From Candidatus Hydrogenedentota bacterium (GTDB lineage Bacteria; Hydrogenedentota; Hydrogenedentia; Hydrogenedentales; SLHB01), in NCBI GenBank assembly GCA_045863295.1, contig BTWA01000002.1, positions 134,499 through 198,498 of the forward strand: a DNA stretch of 64,000 nt, written 5' to 3'. The translations under genes and the position numbers were made by a program. This document shows positions 57,742 to 64,000 of this stretch, in pieces. The notes under the pieces were generated by a model. That model ran no database searches, was not told the origin of the DNA, and worked only from the letters and a program-made list of their open reading frames with translations. Numbering within the stretch: the stretch's first letter is position 1; each line of letters opens with the position of its first letter.

Positions 57742-59914
57742 CGGTGAGTCGCAGCCCTCTCCCACGGAAAAGGATGTCTATGGGGAACTCGAACACATCG
57801 AGAAAGCCTTATCAGGCGAGATAGCGGGCGATCCCCGTTTGGGGAGCGGCGTGCCCGATCACTTGCGCGGCGCCGACTCGGATTTCCTGGCCATGAGCGG
57901 TCTCGAAGACAATGCGGTCGAATCCCAGCCCCGCTCCGACGATCTCGATCCATCCAAACCCGTCAGTTTCTATGAAAGAGGCGTGGCCGACGTCGATTCC
58001 AGCATGGCCCCCGGCACTATGGAAGATGCGTACCGCAATGGCGAAGACGTCAACGCGAAACCGCAGCCCAAGGCCATGGGCGAATTGCGCGATATCATCG
58101 CCGACCTGACGCGCGATATCGCCGGCGAACCGGAAAGACCGTCAGTTCCAGACTCCCCAACGGATGACGAAGTCGAGAAGACCGTTATCGCCATGGAACA
58201 ATCCGCGGCGGAAGAAACCCGGCTCCGCCCGGTCGATCCCGTGTTGTCCAAAGCGGAACAATTGCTTGAAGAGTTGGATGCGCCGCCACCCAAGGCGCCC
58301 GATCGCAATGATTTGATCGTTCAGGAGCCTTCTGCAACTACTCCTGAAACTCCAGCACAGACCGCGCCGCAAAACGATTGGCCGGTACCTTCGGCGCGGC
58401 TGGGGTCGTATGAGGACCGGCAGGACACGGCAAGCCACCGCAAGCGGAGGAAACCGAGAAACCGCCGATTGCGTCGTGCAGTAGGCGCCACGGCCGTAAT
58501 CGCGGCGTTGTTGGCCGGGGCCTTTGTGGCCTATCGAGGCGCCAACTATTTCGAATCGCGATTTCGCACCCCCACAAAGCTCTTCAATCATGCCGCGGCC
58601 CTGGCTTCCAAGGGCGATTTCAAGGGCGCGGTGCAAGCGTATGAGGAATTCGCGGGGCTCAATGGAACGCACCCGCTGCATGCCGAGGCGCTGTTTGCCG
58701 CCGCAGTCTGTATGCAACAACAGGCAACGGGAAACGCGAACCAGAAGCAACCTGTCCTGATCGAGGCGCAAGGAAAATTCCAACGTTTTATAGACGCATA
58801 TCCAACGCACAACAAAGTCGCGCGCGCGCGCGTCTTGATCGGCCGGTTACTCTACGAGACCGGAGCGTACCAGCAGGCCATGGATGCGCTCGAAGACCCC
58901 GAACTTCGCTTACTTGACCCGGGATCCACGGTGCCCATTCTTCGGACCATCGCCCGGAGTCACGCGAAAATGGGTCAGTACGATCTGGCACAGACGGCCT
59001 ACCTGCAGGCCGCCTCTACCACCGGCAATCTAACCCCCGATGTGGATTTCGAAGAGTTGGGCTCGCTCTACCAAAGCCTCTCCGAAAACGCGCCCGACGA
59101 TGAGACGCGGAAGCACTACCAGACACTGGCCATGGAACAGTGGGATCGCGTTGTGCGCGTATCGGGCGTCGATCCCGCCACGAAAAATGCCATGCGCGTG
59201 AAGCTGGATGTGATGCGCGATATTTCTCAAAAGGCGCCCGCGGCCGTGATACCGGAACAAAACGTACAACCGGAAAGTGCCGCGCCTGTTTCATCGCTCG
59301 ATCCCGTCGAAGACTCGGCCATGGATTCGCCGCTGGGCGGGGCGCAGGACCCAGCCGAAACCGTCGGACAGGATGGCACGATCGAGGGCGAGACGGCCGA
59401 ACTCCCCGTTCCGGATTCAGTGATTGCGGATGCACCCGCAATGGAAGTCTCGGAAAGCGCCGCCCCAGAGGGAGAAGAGCCGCTGGAACCGGCCGCGGTT
59501 GTGATACCGGACACCGTTGCTTCCAACGTGGCGGATACCTCGGACACCGAGGAACCCGCGGATACTTCGCCCCCAGGCCACGCGCCCTGGGAGATAACGC
59601 CTCCAGGCGATGCCGCTGCGGCCGTGGTGGAGAATCCTGGTTCGGAAACAGGGGTCGACGAAGCATTACCTGAACCAACTCCCGACGCTGACGAGGCCGC
59701 GCCGATGGATGCGGCGCCGGAAGACTCTTCGACGTCGTTGCTCTACCACGTGCTTCCGGGCGACACCCTCGAAAAAATCGCCAAGCGCTATAACATGACC
59801 GAGCAGGAAATCCTGGATTTGAACGAACTGACGAATTCGAATCTGCGCGTAGGGCAGGTGTTACTTATCGACAACGGGAAACCAGCCGATGCAGCGGCTT
59901 CAACCGGAGAATGA
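57713..59914 (+). CDS. Single-TM protein with periplasmic TPRs, acidic linker and C-terminal LysM
   Basis: Basic stretch then TM; TPR repeats; YHVLPGDTLEKIAKRY..LN..LRVGQVLLI. Confidence 0.85.
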   Translation: MTQDEHNAHSGESQPSPTEKDVYGELEHIEKALSGEIAGDPRLGSGVPDHLRGADSDFLAMSGLEDNAVESQPRSDDLDPSKPVSFYERGVADVDSSMAPGTMEDAYRNGEDVNAKPQPKAMGELRDIIADLTRDIAGEPERPSVPDSPTDDEVEKTVIAMEQSAAEETRLRPVDPVLSKAEQLLEELDAPPPKAPDRNDLIVQEPSATTPETPAQTAPQNDWPVPSARLGSYEDRQDTASHRKRRKPRNRRLRRAVGATAVIAALLAGAFVAYRGANYFESRFRTPTKLFNHAAALASKGDFKGAVQAYEEFAGLNGTHPLHAEALFAAAVCMQQQATGNANQKQPVLIEAQGKFQRFIDAYPTHNKVARARVLIGRLLYETGAYQQAMDALEDPELRLLDPGSTVPILRTIARSHAKMGQYDLAQTAYLQAASTTGNLTPDVDFEELGSLYQSLSENAPDDETRKHYQTLAMEQWDRVVRVSGVDPATKNAMRVKLDVMRDISQKAPAAVIPEQNVQPESAAPVSSLDPVEDSAMDSPLGGAQDPAETVGQDGTIEGETAELPVPDSVIADAPAMEVSESAAPEGEEPLEPAAVVIPDTVASNVADTSDTEEPADTSPPGHAPWEITPPGDAAAAVVENPGSETGVDEALPEPTPDADEAAPMDAAPEDSSTSLLYHVLPGDTLEKIAKRYNMTEQEILDLNELTNSNLRVGQVLLIDNGKPADAAASTGE

Positions 59915-61410
59915 CATTGAACATGCGTGACAAGACGCGGAAGCGCTGGCGCCGCATGGGGCTATCGCTGGTCATTGCGGCCATGGCATTGCTCCCCGCC
60001 GCGATTGCCGAAGAAGGCGTGATTCAACCCGGCGATCTCGTCTATGTCGACGTATACCGTCGTCCCGAAGTATCCACAACCACTCAGGTGGACGGCAATG
60101 GAAACATCTCCCTGCCCTATGTGGGTACCGTCAACATTGGCGGCCTGGGTACGGCGGAAGCCTCGTCGCGCGTGGCGAATGCGCTCTCGTCCATCGTGCG
60201 CGAGCCGCGCGTCACGGTGTCGAAAACAATGCCCACGTTTTCGACGGCATATCGCACGGAAGAAATGAAGACCGAACTGGTGCCATTGCACAATGCCCGG
60301 GCGGAATCGCTCACCGAGGCATTGCGGCACATGACATCGGAAGGTGGCGCGATCGGGTATGATCCCGACACCAACACGCTCATCGTCACCGACTCGCCCG
60401 GCACGGTTCAAAACATCATGGCGGTTATCAACCGGTTGGACAAGATGGAGAGCCAGCTTGCCCAAGTGCGTATTGAAGCGAAAATAGCCGAAGTCAAAAT
60501 CGGCGCCATGAAGGAACTCGGCGTTCGCTGGTTTGCCCAAGGCACCGAAGTAAACGGCGGATATTATCCCATGGGCACCCAAACCGTTCCCCTGCAGTCG
60601 CTTCGCGGAGAATCCGGGAATCCGATTAACAACGAAATCATCGGCGGAAATCCAACCAATTCCAACAACCTGTTCAACAGCACCGGACGCCGGTTTGTGA
60701 ACGAGGACTTTGACCGGTTGCTGAATGTGCCCGCCATGGTTCCCAAAGTGGGTCAGTTGTTTCTCGGGGTGATGAACGGCAACGTCGATCTCGGCGTGTT
60801 TCTTGATGCCCTGGTTGCCGACAATCAGGCCGAACTCCTCGCAAACCCGACCGGCTTGACCGTAAATCACAAGCCCGCGGAAATCCGCATGACCGACGAG
60901 TTTCCCTATCAGGAATTCGGTATCGAAGCGACAGGACGAGAATCGTTCTCGACTCGCTTCATGGATCTCGGCATTATCATGAACGTGACGCCTCACGTTG
61001 GCCAGTCGGAGAAGGGGCGATATGTTACGCTGGAGATGGACACGGAAGTATCGTTTCCCGTGGGAGCCAGCGATGGCATACCCATCCGGTCTGTACGCTC
61101 ATACACCGGCGAGGCCGATGTCATGGACGGCCAGAGTCTGGTAGTCGGCGGCATTTACCGCAACGAAGTACAGGATACCGAGCAGCGTGTGCCGGGAGTG
61201 GGCAAATTGCCTATTCTGGGCAATTTGTTCAAACATACGGAAAAGACGCGCCAACAGACGGAACTCATGATTTTTGTGACACCGAAGGTGTTTGATTCGC
61301 CGGATACGGTCACCTGGGATCGGATGCTCGATTTGTCGAAAGTTTCGGATTCCATGGCAAAAGATCTGTCCGGTGTTTCCGCCCGAACGCAAGAAGTCCG
61401 GAGGGACTAA
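59911..61410 (+). CDS. Fusion of a Wza/OPX polysaccharide-export domain with a secretin (NolW-like N domain + secretin core)
   Basis: IQPGDLV..VDGNGNISLPYVG..PRVTVS; L.NA.A..DPDTNTLIVTD..I.RLD; QVRIEAKIAEV, GIIMNVTP, VPGVGKLPILGNLFK, ELMIFVTP. Confidence 0.88.
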   Translation: MTLNMRDKTRKRWRRMGLSLVIAAMALLPAAIAEEGVIQPGDLVYVDVYRRPEVSTTTQVDGNGNISLPYVGTVNIGGLGTAEASSRVANALSSIVREPRVTVSKTMPTFSTAYRTEEMKTELVPLHNARAESLTEALRHMTSEGGAIGYDPDTNTLIVTDSPGTVQNIMAVINRLDKMESQLAQVRIEAKIAEVKIGAMKELGVRWFAQGTEVNGGYYPMGTQTVPLQSLRGESGNPINNEIIGGNPTNSNNLFNSTGRRFVNEDFDRLLNVPAMVPKVGQLFLGVMNGNVDLGVFLDALVADNQAELLANPTGLTVNHKPAEIRMTDEFPYQEFGIEATGRESFSTRFMDLGIIMNVTPHVGQSEKGRYVTLEMDTEVSFPVGASDGIPIRSVRSYTGEADVMDGQSLVVGGIYRNEVQDTEQRVPGVGKLPILGNLFKHTEKTRQQTELMIFVTPKVFDSPDTVTWDRMLDLSKVSDSMAKDLSGVSARTQEVRRD

Positions 61411-61416
61411 CGGATC

Positions 61417-63657
61417 GTGTTGGCCAACCCCTCAGCCATCGACCAGACCGCCCCGCAAACGGCAAACCGGGACAATACGCTCCGCTTTGTCGTTAACGCG
61501 GGAACGCGCCATTGGAAAATGATCACCATTCTCACGGTGGTGGGTGCGCTGGCTATCGGCGGATACGGGTTGATGACGCGAACCACCCATATGGCATTTG
61601 CCGCCTCCGCGGATCTCATTGTTCACCGGTCGCCGTGGGAACAAGGCATCTTGCAGGACCTGGGCAAACGGCCCATGTTCGAGTCGTCGCCTAAGGCTCT
61701 CATTGATCGCGTCAGCAAGCGGGCCGTGGCAGAAAACGTAGCCCGCGCCCTGGTAGCACAGGACATCGACTCTGGTGGACAGTTCAGCGGCATTGCCACC
61801 GAGACGGAATACGCCTCCAAGGCCCGGCAAATCGACGCCATGCTCTCGCTCGAACCGGATCAGGAATCCGGCCTGATACATGTGCAGACGGAGGCGCTGA
61901 ACGAGCAGGACGCCGCGCGTATCGTGGAATACGCCGCGCGCGCTTTCATTCAGCAGAATCTTAACTTCGTGCGGGAACAGGAAGAGGAAACCCATGCGTT
62001 TGTGCAGCGGCAGTTGGAGGACGTTCGCCAGCAATTGGATGCCGCTCAAAAGTCGGAATGGGAATTCCGGAAGGAAATGGGTTTCCGCACAAAGGAGCTG
62101 GTCACTGAAGATCTCAAGGCGTTGACGCTGGATCTCACCACCGCCGAAACCAAAAAAGAAGAGATCAGGGCCATCATGGCCAGCATCGAATCGCAATTGA
62201 AGGAAAAAGAAGAACAACTCCCCGTTTCGCTGAGCACCATCAACGATCAGGTCGTCAATGAGCTGATTGTCCAGTTAAATGAATTGCACAAAGAGCGGAT
62301 TACCATGTCCGTCGCTTTCACGCCGAACTATCCGCCGTTGCAGGAACTGCAGGAAGAGATTCGGGAGAAAGAAGACGCCATCATGCACGCGGTGCGCGAA
62401 TTGAACGCAAGCGTGGGCACCGGCCAGGACGTGTGGGAAGATCGAAAGAACCTGCGCGATCAGTACGTCAACCTGCAAGTTCAACTTACTTCGGTTGAGA
62501 TTCAGACGTCCACCAACCGAAAACTGATTGAGGAACTGGAAACGGTACTGCCTGGTTTGGCGGAAAAGGACAAGGACTATCAGAACCTGGTTCGGGCGGT
62601 GCGCCAGCACAACGATCAGTACTTGCAACTCCTGGACAAGGAATTCGAGCTCTCCAGTGCCATTCAGCGCGGCAGTGGAACGATAGAGCGAAGCCCTACC
62701 CCTCCGTTTGTTCAACCGAAGCCCCACGAAGGCCAACGCGGACCCATCTTTCTGTTCCTCAGCGGAGGGCTGGTCGGGTTGACGATCGGCATTGGTCTGG
62801 CCCTGCTCCTGGAAGGCATGAACACGTCCATTCGATCCATCGAAGATGTAAGCATTCATCTTGGCCAAGAAGTGATCGGAACCATTCCAAGAATGCGGTT
62901 TGGTCCGCCGACTACGCGCAGGCGCGGCACCTACGTTCCCGTTAAAGATGAAGACGAAGTCGATGCGTGCATCGTTACGCAACACGATCCCAAATCGCCC
63001 ATCTCCGAGGCCTATCGAACCCTGCGGACCAATTTCCAGTTCAGCACGCTGCAATACAAGCCCAGGACCATACTCATCACCAGTGCCGTTCCAGGCGAAG
63101 GCAAGACCACCACAGCCGTGAACATGGCCGTTACCTTTGCGGACAGCGGATTCCGGGTCCTGCTTCTGGATACCGATTTGCGCCGTCCGCATGTGCACCA
63201 TGTGCTGAAAATGGAACGAGGACCCGGGCTTGCGGATGTGTTGCGCGATGGGTTGGACTACAAATCCGTACTCCGAACGACGCGTGTCGAAAACCTATGG
63301 TCGATTTCGGCGGGCCGCGTTCCGCCCAATCCGTCCGAGTTGGTTGGATCAGAGAGGATGCGCAACCTTCTCAATCAGATGCGGAATGACTTTGATTTGA
63401 TCATTTGCGATGCGCCGTCGCTCCTCGTCGTCACGGACCCGGTTCTGCTGGCCCGCGAACTTGATTCCGTCGTGCTCGTGGTCTCGGTGGACAATGCCCG
63501 CCGCGAGACAGTTCAGCGCGGGATTAAGCTGCTCGAGACGGCTCAGGCGAGAATTGCAGGCGTCGTGCTCAACGGCCTGGAAGCATCCCGCCGTCACTAT
63601 TATTATTACTACTACTACTATGAAGACGCGCCGGTGCGCCGCCGGAAAGCGCTCTAA
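61417..63657 (+). CDS. wzc: Polysaccharide co-polymerase / BY tyrosine kinase
   Basis: Two TMs flanking a coiled coil; SEAYRTLRTN, GEGKTT, DTDLRRP, DAPS, GVVLN, C-terminal run of 8 Tyr. Confidence 0.92.
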   Translation: MLANPSAIDQTAPQTANRDNTLRFVVNAGTRHWKMITILTVVGALAIGGYGLMTRTTHMAFAASADLIVHRSPWEQGILQDLGKRPMFESSPKALIDRVSKRAVAENVARALVAQDIDSGGQFSGIATETEYASKARQIDAMLSLEPDQESGLIHVQTEALNEQDAARIVEYAARAFIQQNLNFVREQEEETHAFVQRQLEDVRQQLDAAQKSEWEFRKEMGFRTKELVTEDLKALTLDLTTAETKKEEIRAIMASIESQLKEKEEQLPVSLSTINDQVVNELIVQLNELHKERITMSVAFTPNYPPLQELQEEIREKEDAIMHAVRELNASVGTGQDVWEDRKNLRDQYVNLQVQLTSVEIQTSTNRKLIEELETVLPGLAEKDKDYQNLVRAVRQHNDQYLQLLDKEFELSSAIQRGSGTIERSPTPPFVQPKPHEGQRGPIFLFLSGGLVGLTIGIGLALLLEGMNTSIRSIEDVSIHLGQEVIGTIPRMRFGPPTTRRRGTYVPVKDEDEVDACIVTQHDPKSPISEAYRTLRTNFQFSTLQYKPRTILITSAVPGEGKTTTAVNMAVTFADSGFRVLLLDTDLRRPHVHHVLKMERGPGLADVLRDGLDYKSVLRTTRVENLWSISAGRVPPNPSELVGSERMRNLLNQMRNDFDLIICDAPSLLVVTDPVLLARELDSVVLVVSVDNARRETVQRGIKLLETAQARIAGVVLNGLEASRRHYYYYYYYYEDAPVRRRKAL

Positions 63658-63684
63658 TTTTAGCGATCGCGGGTTCGTACTGAC

Positions 63685-64000
63685 ATGCCCTTTTTTCAGC
63701 CATCCGAATATCAGATCGGGCGCGGTGAAGTCGCCGAGAGCCGGTTTGAAGTCCCGTTTATCGCGGGATTCATGCTGTTTTGCGGCATTGGACTCTTCAT
63801 CTTTCAGGTTTTCGTTGGGGACGAATACCTAACCCTTGCGCTGGCTGCGACACTTCTCATTTTCGGCGTCACCATGTTTCGCGTAGAGTTGGGTGTATAC
63901 ATTCTGGTTATCGGGATGCTGCTCTCGCCCGAGGTGGAAACCGGCAGCGTGGGATTTGGCCACCGGGAATTGAATATCCGTTACAACGACTTTCTCATCA
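63685..64000 (+). CDS. Wzy / O-antigen-ligase-like membrane protein, partial (runs off the window)
   Basis: Own translation from ATG 63685: MPFFQ..hydrophobic TMs..MLLSPE..NIRYNDFLI, open to the end; located after wzc. Confidence 0.6.
   Translation, partial: MPFFQPSEYQIGRGEVAESRFEVPFIAGFMLFCGIGLFIFQVFVGDEYLTLALAATLLIFGVTMFRVELGVYILVIGMLLSPEVETGSVGFGHRELNIRYNDFLI

Noticed and set aside
56689..61410. Canonical type II secretion or type IV pilus locus
   Set aside because: No GspE/PilB, GspF/PilC or pilin genes are adjacent; the neighbours are wzc and a wzy-like gene.
63598..63621. TAT/TAC microsatellite
   Set aside because: It encodes the normal Tyr cluster of a BY-kinase.

Overview
A 64 kb GC-rich bacterial chromosomal window. 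The gene repertoire tentatively suggests a Candidatus Hydrogenedentes/PVC-like diderm; this is inference only. Housekeeping content includes a thyX-nrdJ operon behind tandem NrdR boxes, fabH, a large-type SRP RNA upstream of dnaX, comEA, clpP, mscS, corA and an ECF sigma/anti-sigma pair, plus many secreted carbohydrate-active or hypothetical proteins. Two more AT-rich accessory islands are present. The first (~12.6-18.8 kb) holds a signal-peptide protein with a phage-tail-like segment, a GT2 remnant, a GT39-CBM fusion and a CBM lipoprotein. The second (~28.1-33.5 kb) holds a DUF1573 gene, a small Cys-rich secreted protein and a promoter with a poly-A spacer. The most striking feature is the operon starting at 56.7 kb: ExeA-like ATPase, TPR-LysM membrane protein, a Wza/OPX polysaccharide-export domain fused to a complete secretin, a Wzc tyrosine-kinase co-polymerase and a Wzy/O-antigen-ligase-like gene. 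It suggests polysaccharide export through a secretin channel. Its promoter carries three NrdR-box-like palindromes at 32-bp spacing. No CRISPR array, tRNA, rRNA or transposase was seen.
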